A DNA stretch of 32,000 nt, from assembly GCF_000012905.2 (NCBI RefSeq), contig NC_009007.1, positions 30,001 to 62,000 on the forward strand, read 5' to 3'. The stretch comes from Cereibacter sphaeroides 2.4.1 (GTDB lineage: Bacteria; Pseudomonadota; Alphaproteobacteria; Rhodobacterales; Rhodobacteraceae). The notes beneath the pieces were generated by a model. That model had not been told where the DNA came from, did not search any database, and saw nothing but the letters and a program-made list of their open reading frames with translations. Positions 22,764 through 30,720 of this stretch are shown piece after piece (position 1 is the stretch's first letter; the number at the start of each line of letters is the position of its first letter). A program made the translations under genes and the position numbers.

Positions 22764-23939
22764 TCAAAGCTGCGGCGTGCGGTAGATCAGCTGTCCGCCG
22801 ATGCGGATCTCGGTCTCGACCAGGTAGCGGCGCAGCGCGGACGCAGCCACCTGCAGCCCCAGCCCCGGTGCTTCCGGAGCCCGGATCAACCCCTCGGCAT
22901 CGGGCCGGATGTGATCGCCGGTGATATCGAGCGCCAGTTGCTGCGGGGCGGCGGGATATTCGCAGATGCGGTCGGCCTCGAGCCCGGCAAAGGGCTGCAA
23001 CGAGGCGGAGAGCGCCAGATGCGAGGTGAAGGTATGGTTGACATAGGTGATGCCGCGCGCCTGCGCCGCATCGGCCACCCGCTTCGCCGGACCGAGCCCT
23101 CCGATGCGGCCGCAGTCGATCTGGATGAAGCCGATACGGCCGTAATCCATCAGATGCTGCGCCATATGGAAGTTGTGCGCCGCCTCGCCGCCGGCGATGC
23201 GGACACGGGCACCGCGCCCGGCCAGAGCGGCATGGGCGGCCAGCGCGCCCGCATCGAACGGCTCTTCGAGCCAGAGCACCCCGGCGGCATCGAGCGTCGG
23301 CAGGCGCGCAGCGGCAGCCTCGACATCCTCTCCGAAGATCTGGCCGACATCGACCATCAGGTCCCCGTCCGGGCCCAGCCCTTCGCGCGCGGCCATGATC
23401 TGATCGGCGTCCGCCGCCACAGTGCCGCGCCCGATCGGACCCCAGCCGAATTTGACGGCTGCAAAGCCATCGCGCCGCGCGGCGCGGGCCCGCTCGAGTG
23501 TCTCCTGCGGCGTATCGCCGAACAGCAGCGAGGCGTAGGGCCTCTTGCCATGGCTGGCGCTGTAGCCCAGCAGGGCCCATGCCGGGGCCGAGAGCCTGCG
23601 GCCCAGCAGATCCCACAGCGCCATCTCGATCCCCGACAGCATATGCGGCGCCTGCAGCAGGTCCATCGAGTTATAGCCGACCAGCGCCGCAATGCGGGCG
23701 ATATCGTCCGGCCCGTCCAGCCGCTGACCGAGCACGGAGTCCGAGACCGGACGGCAGACACCGTGCGATTTCGGACAGACGAAGGCGGCGATCGAGGGCA
23801 GCGGCGCCGCTTCGCACTCGCCCCAGCCGATATGTCCGCCGGCCGCCACCCGGACCAGCAGCGCATCCTGACTGCCATCGGCGGCATCGGTCACCTCGGG
23901 CATCGACAGATAGAAAAGGTCGACGGCATCGATCTTCAT
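22764..23939 (-). CDS. Enolase-superfamily enzyme (mandelate racemase/muconate lactonizing enzyme family), paralog 1
   Basis: Track ORF of 391 aa. Capping-domain motif GIEMALWDLLGR. Barrel motifs AAVKFGWGPIG, LMVDVGQ (Asp), WLEEPF (Glu), IAGGEAA (Glu), IQIDCGRIGG (Asp) and YVNHTF (His). Confidence 0.88.
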   Translation of the reverse strand: MKIDAVDLFYLSMPEVTDAADGSQDALLVRVAAGGHIGWGECEAAPLPSIAAFVCPKSHGVCRPVSDSVLGQRLDGPDDIARIAALVGYNSMDLLQAPHMLSGIEMALWDLLGRRLSAPAWALLGYSASHGKRPYASLLFGDTPQETLERARAARRDGFAAVKFGWGPIGRGTVAADADQIMAAREGLGPDGDLMVDVGQIFGEDVEAAAARLPTLDAAGVLWLEEPFDAGALAAHAALAGRGARVRIAGGEAAHNFHMAQHLMDYGRIGFIQIDCGRIGGLGPAKRVADAAQARGITYVNHTFTSHLALSASLQPFAGLEADRICEYPAAPQQLALDITGDHIRPDAEGLIRAPEAPGLGLQVAASALRRYLVETEIRIGGQLIYRTPQL

Positions 23940-23940
23940 G

Positions 23941-25437
23941 TCAGCTCCGGTCTGCGCGCAGATGGGCCGTCGCGCGCGGGGTGAAATCGGTCAGGGGATC
24001 GAGCGGGAACATCGGCCGGGCGCAGATCCGGTGCCCGAGGCTGGCCAGATCCGCCGAGGTCGATCCCGGCGTGTCGATGTTGAAGTTGCGGGTGACCCAG
24101 GCGTCATACATGTGGTGTTCGGTATGGGGCGACTTGACCACGATCAGGTCGAAATCGGCCGGATCCAGCCCGTTGGCGTAGTAGATCGCCCGGTCGAAGA
24201 GCATGGCGGGCAGGCTCATCGCGACGACGGTGACGGTGCCGAATTCGAGCACGGCGCAGCGCCCGGCGTTCAGCGGTGTCTTCATGGTCTCGAGCCGGGT
24301 CAGGCCGTCCGACAGGAGCCGCACCCGCGCAGTGACCTCCAGCGGCGTGAAACGCGCAGGATCCATCCGCCCGCCGAGCGTGACCGGGATCTCGGCCCCC
24401 ACCCCGGCCCTGTGGGCGGCCTCGGCGGCCTGCGGATCGACGATCTGCGCCAGCACCCGACCCGGATAGTCCGCAGCCAGCAGCCCGCGCAGGATGGCAT
24501 TCGAATCGCCGCTCGCCCCCGAGGAGGTCGCGTCGGCTGCATCGGTGAACACGACCGGGCCGGTCAGTGTCCGCGCTTCGGCAACGGCGTCGGAAAGACC
24601 GATCAGACGGCCCTGCATGCGATGGCGCAGGGCCCAGAATGCCGCGGCCAGCCGCTCGGCCTCGGCCCGGCCCCGCAGAGGGTCATCCGTGGTGAGGACG
24701 ACCTGAGAGCAGAGTTCCGGCGCATCGGTGAAGGGATTGCCGATCATCAGGCCGGCCGCCAGCACCATGCCATCGGCTTCGAGACGCCGGCATTCGCGGA
24801 TCAGGTCGCCGTAGCAGCCGGTCGCGGTGATCAGTTCGTCGCCGCGCACCAGCGCCGGGATCACCGCCCGGACGATGCTGGCGGGGCGGCGGGCTGTCAG
24901 CCGGTCCAGCAGAAGCCGCGCCGCACGCGCGCCGGTATCGGCGAAATCGACATGCGGATAGGTGTGATAGACGGCGATGCCATCCACCTGTGCAATCATC
25001 CGCTCGGTCAGGATGCCGTGCAGATCGAGCGAGATGATGATCGGCCGATCCGGTCCGGCAAGCGCGCGGATCTGCGCGAGCAGCCAGCCCTCCGGATCGG
25101 GCTCACCCACTGCCCCCATGGCCCCGTGCAAGCTGACATAGATGGCGTCCGCGCCGCCCACCCCCGCCCGCACCCGGTCGAGGATCTGCGCCGACAGCCG
25201 CGCCCAGCCCTCGGCCGACAGGATGCCGGCACTGTCGGCGCGGGCGGCAACGGTCGGGATCAGCGTGACGCCGGGCGTGGCCTCGAGCACCGAGAGCGCG
25301 CCGCCGATGGCGGTGTTGCGGCCGCGATGCTGGAAGAGATCCTCCCCCTCCTCGATATGGAACAGCTCATAGTCGGACGGCACCGGATTGAAGGAGGAAA
25401 TCTCCTGCATGCATTCGACGATCAGGATGGCGGGCAT
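23941..25437 (-). CDS. M81-family metallopeptidase (MlrC/microcystinase C-like)
   Basis: ATG (complement of 25435-25437) at residue 138 of track ORF 23941..25848. The 498-aa product begins MPAILIVECMQEISSFNPVPSDYELF... and contains ...DAIYVSLHGAMG...SLDLHGILTERM...YHTYPHVD..., the MlrC N-terminal (DUF1485) and C-terminal domain patterns as I recall them. Confidence 0.8.
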   Translation of the reverse strand: MPAILIVECMQEISSFNPVPSDYELFHIEEGEDLFQHRGRNTAIGGALSVLEATPGVTLIPTVAARADSAGILSAEGWARLSAQILDRVRAGVGGADAIYVSLHGAMGAVGEPDPEGWLLAQIRALAGPDRPIIISLDLHGILTERMIAQVDGIAVYHTYPHVDFADTGARAARLLLDRLTARRPASIVRAVIPALVRGDELITATGCYGDLIRECRRLEADGMVLAAGLMIGNPFTDAPELCSQVVLTTDDPLRGRAEAERLAAAFWALRHRMQGRLIGLSDAVAEARTLTGPVVFTDAADATSSGASGDSNAILRGLLAADYPGRVLAQIVDPQAAEAAHRAGVGAEIPVTLGGRMDPARFTPLEVTARVRLLSDGLTRLETMKTPLNAGRCAVLEFGTVTVVAMSLPAMLFDRAIYYANGLDPADFDLIVVKSPHTEHHMYDAWVTRNFNIDTPGSTSADLASLGHRICARPMFPLDPLTDFTPRATAHLRADRS

Positions 25438-25454
25438 GGCGGCGCTCCGGTGAT

Positions 25455-26495
25455 TCAGTGTTGGGGCCAGGTGTCGTTGTAGTCTTCCATCACCACCGCG
25501 ACGGCATCGCCCCGGGTGACACGGCCGGGGCCGGCTCCGAACCAGACGATCCCGTCGCGCCGATAGAGAAGTTCGAGCGGGGCGGTATCGACATCCTCGA
25601 CGAAGTGGATCCAGCCGGCGGTCTCGCCCGTCCGGACCTCTTCGCCCACATAATGCGTCGGCTCGAAGAGGCCTGTGCGCGGGGCCATGACATAGGCATC
25701 CGCCTCGCGCACCATCATGTGCCGGGTGCCGGCCGCGCCCCCGCGCTGCGCCGTCTCGGGCGTGCCCTCGATGACGCCCATGTGCTTCAGGACATTGAGG
25801 ATACCGCGCTTGCCGATCCGCACGCCCTCGATGTTCACCCGGCCCCATCCGCCCAGTTCGGTGCCGAGCGAGACGATGCCGCGCCTTTCGACGCAGGAGG
25901 TGAAGGTCGAGCCCTCGTCCACACCGCCGAAAACGACATTGTGCGGCGCACCGAAGGCTTCGGCGGCAGCCAGTGTCCGGGCCCGCAGCGCCGGATCCGC
26001 AAGGTAGTGCATGTTGGTCGAGGGGGTCGAGTCGTAGGAATGCCCCGCCGTGTGCATGTCGACCGAGATATCGGCCATCGGCAGGATCACCGAGTCCAGA
26101 AAATGCGCCAGCATCTGGCTGAACGTGCCCCGGGGATCGCCCGGGAAGCAGCGGTTGATGTCCCGGCCGTCGACGGGCGAAAGGCGGGTGTCCGACTGGA
26201 TCGCCGGCATGTTCACCGCCGGCAACATGATGACGCGGCCCTGCACCTCTTCGGGACGCAGGCGGCGGGCAAGGTCGGAAATCGCGATCTGACCTTCATA
26301 TTCATCGCCATGCACGCCGCCTGTCAGCAGCACCGTCGGACCGCTGCCGTTCTTCACCACGGTGATCGGGATCTCGACCGTGCCCCAGCCGGAATTGTTG
26401 CGAGACAGCGGCGCGCGGGCGTAGCCGGCCTGCCGCCCGTCCCTGTCGAAGTCGATGTCACAGGCAATCCGGCTCTTCGCCTCAGAGTTGGCCAT
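25455..26495 (-). CDS. Succinylglutamate desuccinylase/aspartoacylase (AstE/AspA, M14-like) family zinc deacylase
   Basis: ATG (complement of 26493-26495) preceded by GGGAGGGA; it forms the C-terminal 346 aa of the spurious 1145-aa track ORF. Zinc motif LLTGGVHGDEYEG. The motifs RDINRCFPG and VDMHTAGH are typical of this family. Confidence 0.85.
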   Translation of the reverse strand: MANSEAKSRIACDIDFDRDGRQAGYARAPLSRNNSGWGTVEIPITVVKNGSGPTVLLTGGVHGDEYEGQIAISDLARRLRPEEVQGRVIMLPAVNMPAIQSDTRLSPVDGRDINRCFPGDPRGTFSQMLAHFLDSVILPMADISVDMHTAGHSYDSTPSTNMHYLADPALRARTLAAAEAFGAPHNVVFGGVDEGSTFTSCVERRGIVSLGTELGGWGRVNIEGVRIGKRGILNVLKHMGVIEGTPETAQRGGAAGTRHMMVREADAYVMAPRTGLFEPTHYVGEEVRTGETAGWIHFVEDVDTAPLELLYRRDGIVWFGAGPGRVTRGDAVAVVMEDYNDTWPQH

Positions 26496-26525
26496 CGGTC
26501 CCTCCCAAACTCTCTTGTTTCGCAA

Positions 26526-26554
26526 GATTGTATACGATAATACGGTTGTCAAGG
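26526..26554. promoter_or_regulatory. Operator/promoter-like element, copy 2, in the divergent AstE-like/enolase-2 control region
   Basis: GATTGTATACGATAATACGGTTGTCAAGG contains a near-palindrome ATTGTATACGAT plus the half-site AATACGGT. The reverse strand carries a consensus TTGACA hexamer. It lies 31-59 nt from the AstE-like ATG (26495) and 47-75 nt from the enolase-2 ATG (26601). Confidence 0.55.
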
Positions 26555-26600
26555 CAGCCGCCGCCCTCGATCCAGATTTCCGCGCAAGAGGTTTTTGCAG

Positions 26601-27782
26601 ATGACATCCACCGCCTTCGCCCCGCGCAGCCTTGCGCCGGCCCGCATCACTGCCGTGCGCGTCGCCCCCCTGCTGGGCGAGAGTCCGCAGGGCGGGTGGA
26701 GCCATGAGATCAAGGCGGACGACAGCGTGCATGCGCTGATCGCACTGCACACGGATGCCGGCATCTCGGGCTATGGCAGCGTCTTCACCAATGGCGCGCT
26801 GGTACAGGCGGCGGCGGATGTTCTGACACCGCTGCTGCTGGGCGAGAATGCGCTGGAACCCGACCGCATCGCCGAGAAACTGCACCAGAACACCTTCTGG
26901 ATGGGGCGCGGTGGCTCGATCACCCACACGATCAGCGGCATCGATATCGCCATGTGGGACATCCTTGGCCAGGCCACCGGCCTGTCGGTGGGGCGGCTCC
27001 TGGGCGGGCGGCACCGCGACCGGGTGCAGCCCTATTGCTCGCTGCTGATGGACATGCCCGAGCGGATGGAAGCGGTGATCGCCCCGCACCGCGCGGCGGG
27101 GTTCCGCGCCTTCAAGATCGGCTGGGGGCCGTTCGGCCGGCGCGGCGATGCCGGACTCGACCGCGCCATCATCGACGCGGCCCGCACCGCGGTCGGTACG
27201 GATGCCCAGCTTCTTGTCGATGCCGGGGCCTCGGATGCCTATTGGCCGAACGGTCTGAAATGGGCGATGAACACCGCCGCCATGCTGGCCGACTACGATG
27301 TCGGCTGGTTCGAGGAAGCGCTGCCGCCCGATGCGATCGAGGATTTCATCGCCTTGCGTCGTATGAGCCCGGTGCCGATCGCCGGCGGCGAGGTGCTGAC
27401 GCGGCGCCAGAGCTTCGCCCCCTGGCTGGTGCGCGGCGCCTTCGACATCGTGCAGCCCGATGTGACGAAGGTCGGCGGCATCAGCGAGCAGCGCCGCATC
27501 GCTTGGATGGCGCGCGATTTCGGCATCCGCTACGTGGGCCACGGCTGGAACACCGCCTTCGGTCTGGCGGCCGATCTGCAGCTGGCCGCCGCCATGCCCG
27601 ACTGCACGCTGGTCGAATATATCGGCGGCTCGGCCTATGTCGACCGGCTGACCACACGCCCCTTCGCCCTCGATGCCGAGGGCATGCTGGCGATCCCCGA
27701 TCTGCCCGGCCTCGGCGTCAGCCCCGATCCGGCACTGCTGGCGCGCTATACGCCCGACCCGGAGAAATTCTTCAGCGCCTGA
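26601..27782 (+). CDS. Enolase-superfamily enzyme (mandelate racemase/muconate lactonizing enzyme family), paralog 2
   Basis: ATG at 26601 (track ORF begins at TTG 26595). Motifs: GIDIAMWDILGQ, RAFKIGWGPFG, LLVDAGAS (Asp), WFEEAL (Glu), IAGGEVL (Glu), IVQPDVTKVGGIS (Asp) and YVGHGW (His). Clearly paralogous to the 22764-23939 product. Confidence 0.88.
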   Translation: MTSTAFAPRSLAPARITAVRVAPLLGESPQGGWSHEIKADDSVHALIALHTDAGISGYGSVFTNGALVQAAADVLTPLLLGENALEPDRIAEKLHQNTFWMGRGGSITHTISGIDIAMWDILGQATGLSVGRLLGGRHRDRVQPYCSLLMDMPERMEAVIAPHRAAGFRAFKIGWGPFGRRGDAGLDRAIIDAARTAVGTDAQLLVDAGASDAYWPNGLKWAMNTAAMLADYDVGWFEEALPPDAIEDFIALRRMSPVPIAGGEVLTRRQSFAPWLVRGAFDIVQPDVTKVGGISEQRRIAWMARDFGIRYVGHGWNTAFGLAADLQLAAAMPDCTLVEYIGGSAYVDRLTTRPFALDAEGMLAIPDLPGLGVSPDPALLARYTPDPEKFFSA

Positions 27783-27803
27783 ACAGGCAAAGGGAGGACG
27801 ACG

Positions 27804-28550
27804 ATGAACCAGATCGATCTGGCCGGCCGCGTGGCCGTGGTGACGGGCGGCGCGCAGGGGATCGGGCGCGCCGTGGCCGAGCGGCTGATCGCCTCGGGGG
27901 CGCGGGTCTGCCTGTGGGACCGCGACGCCGGGCGGGCCGCGGCGACGGCGGCCGAACTGGGCGGGAACAGCTTCTTTCAGGTGGTGGATCAGGTGGATTT
28001 CACGGCGGTAAAGGCCGCCGCCGACGCCACCGAAGCCACGGGCGGCCGGATCGACATCCTGATCGCCAACGCGGGCATCGCCGGCAGCAATGCGCCGGTC
28101 GCCGACTACCCGGTCGAGGAATGGCACCGCATCATCGATATCAACCTGAACGGTGTCTTCCATTGCTGCAAGGCGGTGGTGCCCGGCATGAAGGCCCACG
28201 GATACGGGCGCATCGTCACGGTCGCCTCGATCGCCGGCAAGGAAGGCAATCCCAATGCGGCCGCCTATTCGGCCTCGAAGGCCGGGGTCATCGCTTTGAC
28301 CAAATCGCTGGGCAAGGAGGTCGCCGGCCAGGATATCGCCGTCAATTGCGTGACCCCGGCCGCCGCCCGCACGCAGATCTTCGACCAGATGGCGCAGAGC
28401 CACATCGACTACATGCTGTCGCGCATCCCGCGCGGCCGCTTTCTGGATCTGGACGAGGCCGCGGCGATGATCGCGTGGCTGGCCAGTGCCGAGAACAGCT
28501 TTACCACCGGTGCCGTCTTCGATCTCTCCGGCGGCCGGGCCACCTATTGA
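27804..28550 (+). CDS. Short-chain dehydrogenase/reductase (classical SDR, FabG-like)
   Basis: Track ORF of 248 aa. ATG preceded by AGGGAGGA. Cofactor motif VVTGGAQGIGRA, NAGI, and catalytic YSASKAG (YxxxK). Confidence 0.9.
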   Translation: MNQIDLAGRVAVVTGGAQGIGRAVAERLIASGARVCLWDRDAGRAAATAAELGGNSFFQVVDQVDFTAVKAAADATEATGGRIDILIANAGIAGSNAPVADYPVEEWHRIIDINLNGVFHCCKAVVPGMKAHGYGRIVTVASIAGKEGNPNAAAYSASKAGVIALTKSLGKEVAGQDIAVNCVTPAAARTQIFDQMAQSHIDYMLSRIPRGRFLDLDEAAAMIAWLASAENSFTTGAVFDLSGGRATY

Positions 28551-28559
28551 GAGAGTGAC

Positions 28560-29090
28560 ATGAAACCTGTCGGAGACGGGCCCGCAGGGCAGGAGACGCC
28601 CGGAAGGCTCGATGCCGATGGCGCGCTGCGCGCGCTCTCTGGACTGGGTCGATGACATCGCCGGAGCGGCGCCGCGGCCCGCGGGGCGGGCGCGGCTCCG
28701 CGCCCTCGGCCCTGCGGCCTTGCCCGCGGTTGCGGGCACTCCTCGCACAGGCCCCCGTGCCGGGCGCGGGGGGCAGGTCATCTGCATCGGGGTGAACCGA
28801 ACCGACCACGCCGCCGAAGCCGGTCCGGCGGTTCCGGCCGGGCCGGCGATCTTCATGAAGGCGACGGGCACCATCTGCGGCCCGGAGGACACGATGCCGA
28901 TCCTGCGACGCGCGCAAGACCGGCCGGGAAGTCGGGCCGGACGGCGTCATCGGCCATGGCGGCACGCGCCAATGCCACGGCGCCTGTCGCCGGCTATTGC
29001 GTCACGCGCGATGTCTCGGAACGGGCTGACGGCGGAACGGCCCCGGAGACATGCTCTCGGGGCCGTTTGTCTTGCAGAAGGGCGGCCGTC
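28560..29090 (+). pseudogene. Fumarylacetoacetate hydrolase (FAH) family gene remnant: multiple frameshifts and 3' truncation
   Basis: FAH-family motifs are spread over all three frames.
- Frame of 28560: MKPVGDGPAGQETPGRLDADGALRALSG..., ending at a stop codon at 28653.
- Frame +1: ...DDIAGAAPRPAGRARLRALGPAALPAVAGTPRTGP...GQVICIGVNRTDHAAEAGPAVPAGPAIFMKATGTICGPEDTMPI.
- A third frame near 28928: EVGPDGVIG (compare EVELGVVIG).
- Back in the first frame near 28980: VAGYCVTRDVSER.
- A third frame near 29050: DMLSGPFVL (compare DTFGP.GPWLV).
The C-terminal third or so of the family, including the usual PGD..TGTP.GVG motif, is missing. The convergent SDR stop codon is at 29093. Confidence 0.7.
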
Positions 29091-29092
29091 GG

Positions 29093-29818
29093 TCAGATCG
29101 TCCAGCCGCCATCGATCGCGATGGCCTGCCCTGTCGTATAGCCCGAACAGGCCAGCCAGAGCGCGAGATCGGCGATCTCTTCCGGCGTGCCCAGCCGACC
29201 CATCGGCTGGCGGGCAACGAAGGCCGCACGGGCGGCCTCCGCATCGCCTGTGGCGCCGAGCCTCTCGCGCAGGCTGGGGCTCTCGACGGTTCCGGGGCAG
29301 ATCGCATTGCAGCGGATGCCTCTCGAAACGAAATCCGCTGCAACCGATTTGGTCAATCCGATCACCGCCGCCTTGCTGGTGCCATAGACGCAGCGGTCGG
29401 GCGCCCCCTTGAGGCTGCTGACCACCGAGGCGATGTTGACGATACTGCCCGAGCCCGCCGCCAGCATTCCGGGCAGCACCGCCCGAATGGTGCGGATCGT
29501 GCCCCTGAGGTTGATGTCCAGCGCCAGATCCAGCTCGGCCTCGGTCTGATCGAGTATCGTGCCGCCATGCACGACGCCGGCGCAGTTCACGAGCACATCG
29601 ACCGGGCCGAGCCCCGCGACCAGGGCCTCCACCGCCGCCCCGTCGCGCACATCGAGCGCATGGCACTCGGCCGCCAGCCCATCCAGAAGCCGCGCATCGC
29701 GGTCGCTGGCCAATACCCGCGCGCCGGCGGCCAGGAAACGCTCGGCGCAGGCGCGGCCGATGCCCTGCCCGGCCGCCGTGATGAGGACGGTCTTTTCCTG
29801 CATGTCTCCCGTCCTCAT
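29093..29818 (-). CDS. Short-chain dehydrogenase/reductase (BDH2/DHRS6-like; resembles 2-keto-3-deoxy-sugar-acid dehydrogenases)
   Basis: Track ORF of 241 aa. The ATG at 29818 makes an ATGA overlap with the upstream permease stop codon (alternative ATG at 29803 gives MQEKTVLITAAGQGIG). Motifs: LITAAGQGIGRA, NCAG, YGTSKAA and C-terminal AIAIDGGWTI. Confidence 0.88.
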   Translation of the reverse strand: MRTGDMQEKTVLITAAGQGIGRACAERFLAAGARVLASDRDARLLDGLAAECHALDVRDGAAVEALVAGLGPVDVLVNCAGVVHGGTILDQTEAELDLALDINLRGTIRTIRAVLPGMLAAGSGSIVNIASVVSSLKGAPDRCVYGTSKAAVIGLTKSVAADFVSRGIRCNAICPGTVESPSLRERLGATGDAEAARAAFVARQPMGRLGTPEEIADLALWLACSGYTTGQAIAIDGGWTI

Positions 29819-30720
29819 GAGCGGCGGGCACGCATCCGCGGGTCCAGCACATCGCGCAACCCGTCGCCCATCAGGTTCAGTCCCAGCACCGCCAGGGCGA
29901 TCACCAGACCGGGGAAGAAGGCGATCCAGCCGGCTTCCTGCAGATAGGTGCGGCCGTCGGAGATGATATTGCCCAGCGAGGGGGCGGGCGGCGGGGGTCC
30001 TACTCCGAGGAAGCTGAGGATCGCCTCGGCCAGGATCGACACCGCAAAGACAAAGGTCAGCTGCACGATCAGCGGAGAGAGCGCGTTGGCGAGGATATAG
30101 CGCAGCACGATGCGCATATGCCCGGCTCCGACGGCCACGGCCGCCTCGACATAGGGCAATTCGCGGATCACAAGCACGCTGGCCCGCATGATGCGGGCGG
30201 TGCGCGGCGTGAAGGTGATGGTCAGCGCAATCACCGCATTCATCAGCGAGGGACCGAGGGCGGCCGCCAGCGCGATGGCCAGCAGCACCCCGGGAAAGGC
30301 CATCAGCCCGTCCATCACCCGCATCAGCCCGTTGTCGAGCCAGCGGACATAGCCGGCCAGCAGCCCCAGCACGATCCCCATTATTCCGGTGGCCAGCACC
30401 ACCGCCAGTCCGATCCCCAGCGAGATCCGCGTGCCATGGATCACCCGGCTCAGGATATCGCGGCCGAAGACGTCGGTGCCGAACCAGTGCTGCGCCGAGG
30501 GCGGCATCAGCAGGGCACGGTAATTGTTCTTGTTCGGATCGTAGGGCGCGATCAGATCGGCCAGCAGCGCCATCAGCACGATCAGGGCAAAGAAGGCGAA
30601 GCCGATCTGGAACGAGCGGTGGCGGAACAGCCGGCGCAGCAGCGCCCCGGCGGCGGTCAGCCGGGCCGAGCGAGGGGCGGCCGGGCCGCCGGCGGTCGGA
30701 TCGAGAGAACTATCGGTCAT
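29815..30720 (-). CDS. Peptide/opine-type ABC transporter permease (DppC/OppC-like)
   Basis: Track ORF 29815..30747. Two in-frame ATGs are available; I chose 30720 (MTDSSLDP...; 11-nt overlap with the upstream gene), and 30747 is the alternative. It has an N-terminal OppC-type segment ...LLADLIAPYDPNKNN and an EAA-like loop YVEAAVAVGAGHMRIVLRYILANAL. Confidence 0.88.
   Translation of the reverse strand: MTDSSLDPTAGGPAAPRSARLTAAGALLRRLFRHRSFQIGFAFFALIVLMALLADLIAPYDPNKNNYRALLMPPSAQHWFGTDVFGRDILSRVIHGTRISLGIGLAVVLATGIMGIVLGLLAGYVRWLDNGLMRVMDGLMAFPGVLLAIALAAALGPSLMNAVIALTITFTPRTARIMRASVLVIRELPYVEAAVAVGAGHMRIVLRYILANALSPLIVQLTFVFAVSILAEAILSFLGVGPPPPAPSLGNIISDGRTYLQEAGWIAFFPGLVIALAVLGLNLMGDGLRDVLDPRMRARRS

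Noticed and set aside
25455-28892. 1145-aa ORF on the minus strand.
   Set aside because: Only the last 346 aa (MANSEAK...) form the AstE/AspA-family protein, with its own RBS. The upstream ~800 aa are antisense to enolase paralog 2 and the SDR, and have no family features.
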